From Tubiluchus corallicola (Eukaryota > Animalia > Priapulida): a stretch of 64,000 nucleotides of DNA. Below, piece after piece: positions 52,224-64,000 of this stretch. Positions within the stretch are counted from its first letter, which is position 1; the number at the start of each line of letters is the position of its first letter. Below the pieces are notes generated by a model that made no database searches, had not been told where the DNA came from, and was given only the letters and a program-made list of their open reading frames with translations. The stretch is from contig JAQGDQ010000043.1 of NCBI GenBank assembly GCA_030141605.1, forward strand, positions 372,001-436,000, in the 5' to 3' direction. The position numbers were made by a program, and so were the translations under genes.

Positions 52224-53688
52224 AAAAGGAAAACGTCAACTTTATTTTTTTTACACAGTTCGGAATTTACAAACTGGAAATCAGCATTCAACAGCGTGTT
52301 CTACTTAAATTACGTGATCGTGGGGAGACCGGAACCTAACTGATTGTTAAGGCTATGCTCTAAGATAAGCCACTGAATCGGCAGAACTATCTGAACCACG
52401 GAAAGGAGTAGTGTCTACAATCCTCCCTCTGCTAATTTCTTTTTCTTTTAAAATCGACGTTTATTGACACCTGTACCTAGCTTTTTACATTATCAGTTGA
52501 TCTGATTTGCAGAAAGTTAATTTGTTCACTAGTAAGAAACTTAATAGCTTTTTGAATTTATAGCAACGTTGAAAGCATTTTTAGCGTTATGCTCAAATCA
52601 TAGCTATGTCCTTACCTATTTCAATGTCTATACATTTTGTAGGCGAAAAAATATTAGTAAAGAGGTAAAGCGTGCAGAAGCTTTGGCAGTTACGTCACTG
52701 ATATCATTCTCTATGCTGCAAGCCATTTTATTGCAGCGTGGTTAAATTTTCCATTTTCTAATCATTACTGTTTTAAAACGGCTCACTGCCGCTAAAATCA
52801 TGCTTCGAACAAAGAATGATCATAATTACGTCCAAAAGATAAATTGTAACAACAAGGTGGATTCTTGAATGTGATCGACGAGAAAAGAACTGGATCACGA
52901 TGCAGCATGACAGGTAGAGTTTGTTCGCTGCATTTAACCGAGACGGTTTTGAGCCTGAGCAGACCGGGTTTTTCTCATTGTCTCTAATGTGAGAGTCGAA
53001 GTTAAAGAAACTAAAACTTTAATTTTTTTTCATGTACTCGTATTTGTAGTCACGTGTTCGTGTGCGCGTTTTTAACTAATGTTTGTGATTTGTTAACTGC
53101 ACTGGAATGTTTGTGAAATAAAACGTTTCTTTCCTATCTGAACTGAATTGGTGATACTGTAGCATTCTATTCGCTAGAGAAACCAGTGACGCCAGAGTTT
53201 ATTTTGACCCTACACATCTTTTCGTCAGCTTTTAAATATGATTTGATTAACAGCAATGTCTAAACTACATTTTGACACCAAATCATGTTTGCCTCCAGTA
53301 TTGTTTTAAGTCAGGATAACATTTTGGCATACGACGATTTTTTTATTGGACATTTGTCGTGTTTTTAAAATAGAAGAAATGTAAGGAAACAACACAGCAC
53401 AGCTTCAAAGTGCATAATTTATTAAGCATAATATATAAACATCAACAAATAAATAACAACAACAATGGCCCTAAAATTGACACAGTTGCTTAAAACGTGA
53501 GAGTCTCGGATCAAAGTAGCTGTTTTTGTTGGCACATCGGTGGAGCAAACCGGCGATTTGTCAGTCAAAATTTTGGAAATTATAACACAATCATGATGAT
53601 AACAGAAACATGTTCGTATCATGAACAGCAAGTGTTTTCTGCTGCAGAAAACAGAGGGCAGCAGTTTCCATGAATGTCACTTCAAAAT

Positions 53689-54375
53689 TTAGTGACCATA
53701 TCCTCCTCCGTAACCACCGCCTCCATGCCCATAACCTCCACCACCTCTACCTCCATAGCCTCCGCCGCCATGGCGACCTCCACCATAGCCACCTCCGTGT
53801 CCGTACCCCTTGTTGACTGGCTTCCCATATTTGACTTTTGGTTCCTTGACAGGGACTGGTTGATATCCTATTTGTGGGTATCTCTTGAATTGATAACCAG
53901 CTCCTGATCTAGTGTCACCGTGTGTCTTGGCTCCCTGGCTGTACTGTTGATTGGCATATTGTTTAGCCCATCTGGAACCTCCGACTTGTACTCCGCCAGA
54001 TCCGGATCCTTTTCCGGATCGATCCCCTGCAGATCCAGTAAACTGCCCAGCATTCCCGGATTTGTACTGACGCCCAATAACTCCAATTCTTGTTTTGGGT
54101 TTAGAGTCAGCTGGAGCATCTCGAGCTGCATCATTGCGGCCCGCTCGGAAATCGTATGCTTCTAGATCCACGTACTCTGCTCCATAGCCTCCACCGCCAA
54201 ATCCACCTAGAGTCAATTTGCTGAAAGCATTGAGATATTCATCAGTGGGAGCGTCATCTCCAAATGGAGCAAATCCACCCTTTCCACCATAGCCTCCATA
54301 GTAACCACCTCCACCACCGCAAAGAACGCCAGCAATACAGCCCAGCAATATAGACGAGACTAGGACCTTATTCAT
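53689..54375 (-). CDS. Secreted Gly/Tyr/His/Lys-rich protein B (228 aa), uncharacterised; paralog of 50152-51108
   Basis: Acceptor ttgcag| at 54387-54389, ATG at 54375; signal peptide MNKVLVSSILLGCIAGVLC; GGY/GYGH low-complexity termini; domain shared with protein A. Confidence 0.9.
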   Translation of the reverse strand: MNKVLVSSILLGCIAGVLCGGGGGYYGGYGGKGGFAPFGDDAPTDEYLNAFSKLTLGGFGGGGYGAEYVDLEAYDFRAGRNDAARDAPADSKPKTRIGVIGRQYKSGNAGQFTGSAGDRSGKGSGSGGVQVGGSRWAKQYANQQYSQGAKTHGDTRSGAGYQFKRYPQIGYQPVPVKEPKVKYGKPVNKGYGHGGGYGGGRHGGGGYGGRGGGGYGHGGGGYGGGYGH

Positions 54376-55198
54376 CTTTAATGTGCCTGCAACAGCAAGA
54401 AAAAAAATCAATATAATAAAACAGCAAGACGCCTTTATGCTTAATTAAGCAAAGTGTTGTTCTCTCTTTCAACTTTAGTCGGCTGTAGTTTGGATATTTT
54501 ATACTTATTCGGGTTGCATACTTTAGTTGTATCTCCGATAGTGCCCATACTATTACTGTTTTATATGAGTTGACAGTATGTGGATTGGTGGTAAACCGCA
54601 TGGTACATGCACCTATTAAAATCTAATACAGTGATAAAGAGAAGCATCAAAACGCTTGTTGCAAATAATAAAACTCACTGGCCCTTTTATTACTGTTGTG
54701 TTTTGCTACTGATCATGTATTACGATATTTTTTCTGCTTTATCTTTTTGTAATTTACCTAATAACATTTTTTAAATGAAATACTTTTGCATATACCCAAA
54801 TTATTCTCACAATAAAATGATGTTACTAAATTCAATTTTAGCTAATCATTTTTCAATATGAGATTATGATCAGATCTGCGCTTAATAGAATATATGTCAT
54901 TAGAAAGAGAGAGTTAATCAAAATTGTATTAAACATCATAATAATTATGATATTATTATATTATTAAACTTACATGTGACATTATATTAAACTTTTTCGA
55001 TTTTTCATTAGACGCATTTAGTCAATTAATACATTTCATACTAGCAGTTTGAAACTATTACTGTAACTATAACTTTTATATGTACTAGTTGTAAACGCTT
55101 TTCATTATATAATAATTATTACAAAGGCAAGGTATAAATAAATTCTTTAAAGACAGTAACATAATAAAGTAAAGTTAAATTGTGTAGTTAAAACTTAC

Positions 55199-55290
55199 CG
55201 GTTAGCAGTGCCAAGTCTAACCGTTGAATTGTACGACTCACACGAGTTAAGCAAAAGGTGTCTCTTACCTGCGATGGCAGACATTTTATA
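55199..55290 (-). promoter_or_regulatory. TATA box and non-coding first exon of Gly-rich gene B
   Basis: TATAAAA on the minus strand at 55284-55290; strong donor CCG|GTAAGT after 55199. Confidence 0.65.
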
Positions 55291-56374
55291 CCCGCAACCA
55301 TGCACTCTGTTCCGCATCTGATAATCAAACTGTACTAATTATAAGGTCAAACCAATCACACTGATCAGTCGTATATAGGCCTGCATAACTAAGTTTAAAC
55401 GTAACGCTTGGTTAGTACACAAATGAACGAACTGTGTGTGTGAACTGTGCAGGTCATTCCAGTATTTACAATGGAGATTAAACAATGTGAATTGAAATGG
55501 AGACTGAGACATAATCATGGCTGACCCAAACAGAAATACTATTATTCTTTTACGATTGTTTGTTTATCAACTTTGTGTTGAAAACACTGTCACGCTTTGC
55601 TACCTTTCCATATATCACACGTAAACATTGAAAATCAATCAAACAGCAGGTTATTGTTGCAAGTTTCTAATGTGTATAGTTAATAACCACTGATTTAAGA
55701 GGAGATAAAGTTGTAAAATCCCACCTCAAAGTGCTTTTTATAAGAACTAACCCTTTACTATTTAAATTCGATAAATATTGAACGTATCTTATTTAGGACC
55801 TGTTATATATAAAGTTGTGCTCTATAGACCCACTTCTGTCAGTTTAATTATATAATCTGAATAAAAACATTGCATATACGTAGCAATGCTTTATGATGAA
55901 TGCTGAAACATACGTAATGTATGTAGTATAAGTGAACGTTTGTAACACTGTATACACCAAACTATGGCGCCGTAATTAGAAAAGCAACATCTATGTTGAT
56001 TATTAGATTAAATATTCTCTCTAGCCAGTACTGTAACAGCTGAACTTTAATCTGGAGGAAGGGCTTAAAATCTGTAATAGTAGAATGTCATAACTGTACT
56101 TTACAATATCATCCACGATTATGTGCTTTCATCCACTAGACTCATAGTGCATTATAACTAGTGCATTATTTTATATCTCTTATTATTTTTAGTTTTTAAA
56201 ATTAGTTTTTTAATAACTGTTGGGTTTAATTTTTGGATTCATACGGTTTGTCATACAGTAATCTTTTCATTATTTGGTTTTCTTAATTAATTTTGCTGTA
56301 TTTTAACTTTAAATTGTAATTTTAACTTTAAGATGGCCTTGTATTTGTTATGTACTTCATAAGTACAAAATAAA

Positions 56375-56495
56375 CGGATTGGTTGGTTGATTAAATGAAT
56401 GATTGATAGATTGACTGGTTGGTTGGTTGTTTGATTGATTAATTGATTGGTTGATTGACTGATTGATTAACTGATTGATTAACTGACTGACTAAC
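56375..56495. repeat. (GATT/GGTT)n tetranucleotide microsatellite
   Basis: Directly visible. Confidence 0.85.
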
Positions 56496-57302
56496 AGATT
56501 GCTGGTGTCTCAGTTGTCTTAAACAAGACGTATTGGTCAGGCGGTCAAAACAAAAATTAATTGAGAGCATCAAATTTGTTGTAAAATCAATTTGTGGCTG
56601 TTTTAAATATTCAATTTTAAGCTTTCGTTTAATGTTTATGTTCTATTGGATACTAACTAAGTTTGCATTTCAAACACGTATCTTTTTTCTTGTGTTATGA
56701 TACTTATGATATCATTATTGACGTTTTAGCAGATAGGGTAAAATGGGCTAATGTCGGACAATGAGCTTTACTTTTTGCTTAAACCCATTAAATTACTTGC
56801 ACGTTATTTTTTCTTGTCATTGTTAATACTCACACAACATCTTTAGACTGACATATTCGCCATTGTCTAGTAGTTTCTTCTAGCAGCCATATGGCCGTGA
56901 ACATAAAGCTCGCTCAGTGAGTACGGTTATCCTTAACTGTATTAACTTTTTTTTTTACTTTCTGCTTTCATGCCACACTTTGTAGTTTTAAAGCATCATA
57001 TTTGTTTCTTTATTGTACAGCTCACTCAAACAGTGTCCGACTTTACCCAAAAGCCTAAGTTAATGTCGGAGAATTGAATTTTTGTGTCCGACTTTGTGTA
57101 AGTAAATAACATAGATTTTTGGCCATGTGAGTCTAAATGTAAAAGTAACATTTTCTTAATTGTTTTAGAAACGTCATCGAAACGCCTAGAAAGAAAAACT
57201 GCTCAAATATAAAAAACTTAAAGAATAAGAGAGGAAAAAGGGGAAAACTTCAGCAGTGCAGCTCTGATCAAATGCAATCTGCCGTCAAATCTAATGCAGT
57301 CT

Positions 57303-57413
<111 letters not shown>

Positions 57414-57427
57414 ACCACGCACGCCCA

Positions 57428-57890
57428 TATTGCACAAGCATTTTGTCGTTACTTGAGTATTATGAAAATCGATAATTTTTTATCTAAATTTTACATTAGT
57501 TAGTAATATTATTTGTCACTTTTAAAGGCAAAATTTTGTCATGTATATCTGCTACGACTGTTGTCATGGCAGAGGTTCAGCAGATTTATATCGTGGCAGT
57601 GCGTAGGGGTGTGCGTGCGCGCGCGCGCGTGCGTGCGTGCGTGCGTGCGCACGCACGCACGCACGCCCATACGCACTGCCACGTATGCATAAATCTGCTG
57701 AACCTCTGCCATACGACAACAGTCGTAGCAGAGTTTTATACATGACAAATTATGCAAGTTTTTGCCTTTTAAAAAAGTGACAAATGAAAATATTACTAAC
57801 TTAATGTAAAATTTAGATAAAAAATTATCGATTTTAAAAAACATAATAAACTCAAAGTCTATAACACAAGACAAAATGCTTGTGCAATAT
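57428..57890. repeat. ~460-bp fold-back palindrome centred on a (GCGT)n/(ACGC)n tract
   Basis: ATATTGCACAAGCATTTTGTC... left arm mirrors ...GACAAAATGCTTGTGCAATAT right arm over its length, with essentially no spacer. Confidence 0.9.
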
Positions 57891-60800
57891 AATTAAAGCA
57901 TACAGCGTTGGCGTATAAAACCTGGCCTTGCGTATAAAATGTACGTGTTAATTTGGTTTTCAATAAATAGTAAAATAGTGCTAGTTGTTAAGTTCACTTC
58001 AAGCTGTGCAAATGTCGTTAAAATATATCACGAGTAAGAAATATTAAACACGTCTGAGCCCTCCATAATTTCATTAGCTTAGGGTCCCCAAAGGTCATAA
58101 TCCGGCCCATATGATGTTTAATTTGCGCATTACGGTTTATTGTTTTTGTTGATAGAATGTCTCTGAAAGACACGTAACTGGTGAGAATATTAGGGCAATT
58201 GTTCATTTCATCATTCTTACGATAATAAAAAATATTAACAGTGGGTAGTGCAACTGTGATACAGTTCTGTTGTTATCTCGTGAACACTAGAGAGATTCTT
58301 AGATAAATCATCTATTTTTGTTTGGAAGTTTGTTGGTTGATTTTATTCAAAATACATATAACAAAGTGCATGTTACTAACCCTTTTATATAACTGTATGT
58401 ACATAAAAATGACTCTTCTAGTTGTTATATAATATGATTTTACATTACATATCACGTGTTTTATGGTTTTTTTTGCTGTGTTATCACATTTCCGTTAATC
58501 TAACTGTGTATTTAAAGAGTGCGGTCAATTGTAGACAGTAACAACTCACTAAATCACTGTAGTTCATAACAAGAAAAATTGAGTTTATCATTTTAAGAAG
58601 TTTCTTCGGGTAACATGTTGTCCCTGAAAATTTCTAAAAGCAAGACTTAGCAGTGTTGAGTTACAAATTTAGCCATTCTGTTATTTTTACCTACTGCACA
58701 CTCGGGCTTTGGAAATTCATTTACAGTCTATTTTTACTTGCAGGTAATGCTTAGAATGGATTTTGTTTACCACTACGTCGTGCCTTAGTAACTGTTGACC
58801 AAACTTGATAAGGAAGTGGGTGATTTTTATTGAATGTTTTTAAGCAAACAAAAAACAAAAAGAAAACAAGTAACAAACAAACAAGCAAGCAAGTAAACAA
58901 ACAAACAAGGAAACAAACAACAAATAATTTGACAAGTCAAGAACACAAAAATTTCCTTGTAAACAACACACTTACATGATTTTAACATACATTTTCAATG
59001 TAAAATTTAATAATTGTGCATCATCATTAAATTTTGCTTAAGATATCACGTTATAGGCTACATGTAATATCCGACATGTATTGAGAGAAAACGATGGCTT
59101 AACAGTATGTATTATTTATTATTTTGTTTGATCAGTTTGAAAAGGTAGAGCCGTAGAGTTGAATAGAATAACTATGTGATTAGACTGCAAGCCACACGGA
59201 GTAAAAACAGAATTGTTGTCCTTATGCAGTGAGTACAAATAGGATTCTAAATAGGATAGGCCTGAACATGGCAGACTTTTGGCGCCATCTGTGGTAAACA
59301 ATGTTAAATGTGAGTTAATGAATAATATTGTCGCGAAAATAAAATATAAACGGTTAAGTGGTGAAGTTGTAATACAAATTTAAACGTATTCATTTCATTT
59401 CGTAAAAAATCTCAATCACTGTTATCGCAACTATATTCTTTCGTTGTAGTAATACTTCTATGTATACATTTGTTTTAATTAGACATTTCATTTTATTTAA
59501 TTTGTGTATTACGTGTACTGTGCTACATTGAGCTAAATATATTGTTCGAAATAAATGGTATAAGTAAATATTTCAAGACCACCTATTGTTGCTCGTTCTT
59601 TGTTCGATCAAAAATACGGAGAATCGCAGCCGAAAACAGTGAAAAATGATAAGTTTGAAGAAGACCCAAAAATATAAATCAGCTTTCGAAAAAGTTAGAG
59701 AGTTGCGGTCCTGCGCCATCTGTTGCGTAGTGTGAAAACGTCATTAATTCCGTAAATATGGTAAAGAAACACTAGGACAATAATTGCTTCTTGTTTCCTA
59801 GGACACACATTAATCAATATTTAGTTATTTTAAAGACCATGAAAATCCACTCAATATTTAGTCATTTTAAAGACTATGAAAATCCACTGTACAAATATGT
59901 TTTTGTCTTTGAACCCTTTCCATGTCTTCCCAGTAACCAAATATTATCCCAGGCTTAAAAATTTATGCGAAGTTGTTCGCTTATTGAATACAAAAACGTA
60001 TTAAATACGTATTACAAAAACGCAGTCATGCAAGTACGAGGGAGGTGAGATTAGTGTGAAGAAGCAACAATTAATGCGCATTTGAAACAACCAAAAGAAT
60101 TTGCATGAATGCACTCAGGCCACAGCACAAAATCCTAAGCAAACTGGAACGACGAACAATTAGAGAGGGAACCGTCAATAAAAAAATCACTAGTGGGTCA
60201 GAGAGATGTATATTATCAACACGCTCGCGTTTTAACTTGCGCATTTTCCAGGATATTTTTCCTAAAAGCCAGGCAACCAAGACAGGATAAAAGACAGGAA
60301 GAATTATTGTAAATGACAACATGCGTTAATGAAACCGAAATGCTGACAAACGACATTTTCTACATACCAGCAATAAAGACATTATTAATTAGTTTGATTA
60401 CCCATAATTTCATATCACTTTTCCATGACAATGACAACGGGAAAGATGTAAAATTATTCTGTGATTAATCTTAATGGCTAAAACTCTTTGTTGTGTGAGA
60501 CCGCTGTTTGCATAAATGGCAAGAATTTTAAGAATGTGACCTTATCATTTTGTCAAAACTATAAATACACTCGCTCTCAGTGGTTCCCACATTCCATTCT
60601 GGGACGACAGGTTATATAGTAGCAGTGTTTTCAACCAGTTTAGCTCAGCAAATTTTTGTGTGTCAAAATAGTCCGAGCCTAAACACGGAAAGCATGTTTA
60701 GGATGTAATTGTTTATTTAGCGTGGGTGGACAAAGTGGCGGTTCTAGTGATGAAGAGTTTTTGTAAATGGTGGCACCTTGTACACTTCTATCACGTCTAA

Positions 60801-63800
60801 AATTTACTTCTTATGTTACAGGATAACATAATGTAGATTGTTTTACAAATAAATTATGTAAGCTTATAACTGTGAATTTGTGAGTTACTTGCGGGGTTTC
60901 ACTACCCATGTTTTGTTTACATGTAGAATACGATGTGGAGAACCTAATCTCCCAGTAAGAAAAACGTCGGCAAGGAAACTAAATACTGCCATGATTCATT
61001 GACAAAGCACGAAGCACGAGTTTGTGGGCTTCCCTCGCGTAAAAACCACGGAGTTGAGCGTTATAAACTGATTAGTGATTACTGCCATTGAGCATACACG
61101 TGCAATGCAATGTAGGGTATTAAAATTTTCTCCAACTTGCAAATATCCAAGAGTATAATTGATTAGTGGTAGTTTACTAAGTAGTACCTGGGTAAGTTTT
61201 TCGAGATATCCTTATATTTGATGCTGCGCGAATTTGACCCAATGTTTAACTAACGGCAATAAAGTATGTTCACAAATCTTTGTAACGCCCTACAATCGTT
61301 CTTTTCAGTCGACGTCTTGTAACGTCCTTTATACTTATAAAATTTAGAAACTATTTTCACCAAAGTTGAGAAAAAACCTGAAGCAAAATGGCTGCTTCCA
61401 TGAGCTACAATCGGAGTTAGAAAATACAAGTTCTTGTTACAACTGCGGTACTAGTTTCTAGACGGAAAAATGGGCAAGGCGTTATAAAATTAGATTTTCA
61501 GTATTTTTAGACATTTTCCTGATAATTTGATGCTAGAATATAAAATTCCAATATATTTAGTATTTGTTTTCATGAAAAATAGAAAATCGACATATGACCA
61601 AATTTTTGGTGCTTTCTACTTTAAAGCATCATAATGTAGTTTTAACTACGCCGACTTATGGATGGTTTCGATCTTCGTCAGGAAGAGTCATCTACTGGAT
61701 TTAAATGCAACTTCAATTTGCTCTTGTAACGTCCATAGTAACCACACTTTCGTGCGGTTGCTAAGTGCTTTGTAGAGACGCGACAAAAAACAATATATCG
61801 TGGAAAAATAATTTAGCTCTAGGTAAATTGTAGTCACGTAGAATCAGAAAAAGAAGAAGAAAAGGAGACAACATTTCTTTCCTTATAAAGTATTTAGTGA
61901 GACTGCCAGAAACAATACCAGTAAGATTAGCATTAAACCTTCTAAACGACGTTCTAGGCAAAATAAAAAACAACGTAGACATCAAGCATTAATAAAGATT
62001 TACAGCAGCTGAGACCAAACTTAACAATATTAACACAGGGTGAAAACAATGAAATGATCTAATCTGGGACGAAAGCTCAATGTCTGCAATAGGTGCTTAG
62101 AGCAGAAGAAGAACAAGGAGAAGAAAAAAAGAACAGTGAGTATAGAAACATATAGACCATAATTTCTATGTTTAATACTATATTTTACGTATATTCAGGG
62201 TTTGTAGATGTCGTGTAGAGGTTTCATCAATAATTTCTGCAGAAATTTCAATGAGTCGTGCACTTAATAATTAAAAACTAGTGACATGTCAAGGCTTATT
62301 ATAGCTGGTGCCGCTTGACGATGAGTTAATTTCTGAAATATCATCAGACTATAAATAGATAATGATATCAGTGTTTCATAAAAGAGTCGGTATTGTTTGT
62401 AGATACGGCTAACCTCAGCATAGGATACTAGAATGTTTTTTTTAATTAGAATAACCGACTTTAGTAATAGTTATGCCTGACTCCGTATAAATTTTACACT
62501 TTCTATAATTTAATTTTGACGTTTTGTTTTTCACTTAGCCTGCTTTATGGCTGTAGTAATGGACCACAATCAATACAGTCTCGTAATGCTAGATTAATTG
62601 GATTACTGCATAGAAAGTTGATTTTGATGCTCCATTGTCTCATTAGGCACTTGCATAATTAATTATCTCCGGGTTATTATCTTTTGCCAGTACTGTAGAA
62701 TTAATCTTATATTCGCTTTAGCGAGTTGTTGACTGTTCTGTTGTTGGTTGCCATACATTTTCATTTTAATTACCAGTTTTTGCCGAGTTTGTAATTTGCC
62801 CTTGAAAAGGACTGTTGCTTTGAGTTTGTCCACCTACGTGTACATGGTGGATCAATTAACTTAGACTGTTGTAAGTTTATTTACTTGATCTGAAGTGTTT
62901 AAATGTAGAGCTGACAAATTGTAAAATTATGACTGAGTACTTTTCTTGGAAACTTGGTGTGTTAGGCCCACATCATAAACAACCACGACACCATGCCACG
63001 CGTGGGCGCTGCAAATGGTTTTTTTATCTAAGGGGTGGGGGCACGCCGCTGCTATAATGTTAAGCCTGTAAAACCTATCGATTGAAGTTGACGGCAACTT
63101 ACCAATGTTAATCCATGTTCAATCTAGACCTAGTTGCTAGTAAATTTAGCACTGGCCACTTTACTTAAACGCCTATTAGCACATTGTACAGCAAAAATAC
63201 CACGTGTCAGTATGTTTGAGGCCTTGGCAGAACAAGATCGGAAACATTTTGCAGATGATATTCATTACTTGTTAGCAGGTACGAATACCAGTTAACAGTT
63301 AAATTCTCGTGCACTTCACATACACTAATTCGCCAATTTTGGATCAGGGCTGGGAACTCTAGCTCTAGCACGTGATTGCGTGAGTCAAGGAAAACCGCGG
63401 AGGGTCGAGGTGATTCATGGAAAGTGAACACGTGGCTACGTTCCTCCAGCGATCTGATCACACAGCTGAAATATAGTGAAAGATAAAACTGTGACTCAAC
63501 TTCACCCAAGATGCATTGATATCAAATGACATTGCAAATTAATATTACGTTCACACATTTTATTTCATTTGAACATTTACGTATTTAAACACTAAGCTCT
63601 TGTGCACTATACCAAACAAGTTCTTGTAAGTGAATCGTTGGATACAATCATCGAGTTCAAACCCACTCTGGGCGCTTTTGGCTGTCCTGGCTGTTTACCT
63701 CCTTGAGGAAGAATATATTCACACCTGAATATGGATAATGTGCTCTGTTGGTTCAGTGACTCATCTTACTTTGAGACAGGTTGAGTGAGGTTGTGGTCTT

Positions 63801-64000
63801 GCCACGAATATCAGTATTGAGTAGAACTTCTGGTAGAATGCTACATTCCAGCTGACAGAGTGCAAAATTGTATGAAAAACTAATTAGCCTGTAATAAAGA
63901 TGTGTTTAAGATGTGGTGGCATCAAAACACTGATTCAGTTACCTATCGAGATGATGGACAGGGTGACCAAGAAAGTTAAACTTCTTAGTCTGATGCTTTT

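Noticed and set aside
61655-61695. Minus-strand CTGACGA-AGATC-GAAAC hammerhead-like core
   Set aside because: No room for stem II and no convincing stem I/III pairing

Overview
AT-rich, intron-rich genomic DNA from a bilaterian invertebrate (not prokaryotic; the phylum cannot be determined from sequence alone). 1-31.2 kb holds the 3' 30 exons of a Cad87A-like non-classical cadherin on the + strand. These reconstruct into one open frame of 4782 nt (1593 aa + stop), but only if one atypical GC donor is used. Its introns carry a recent 5'-truncated LINE with a TSD, an internally deleted LTR retrotransposon with a 5-bp TSD, several decayed LINEs and three minisatellites, one built from the exon end plus splice donor. 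A convergent CHST11-like sulfotransferase exon and a tRNA-Lys(CTT) follow on the - strand, then a transposon-rich spacer. The most interesting feature is a tail-to-tail pair of paralogous secreted Gly-rich proteins (50.2-51.1 kb +, 53.7-54.4 kb -). They share gene architecture, signal peptide and an unrecognised ~110-aa domain whose 76-aa gap-free core is conserved mainly at every second residue, suggesting a candidate undescribed beta-structured extracellular structural protein family. Also noted: a Penelope-type minimal hammerhead-like motif and a ~460-bp fold-back palindrome.
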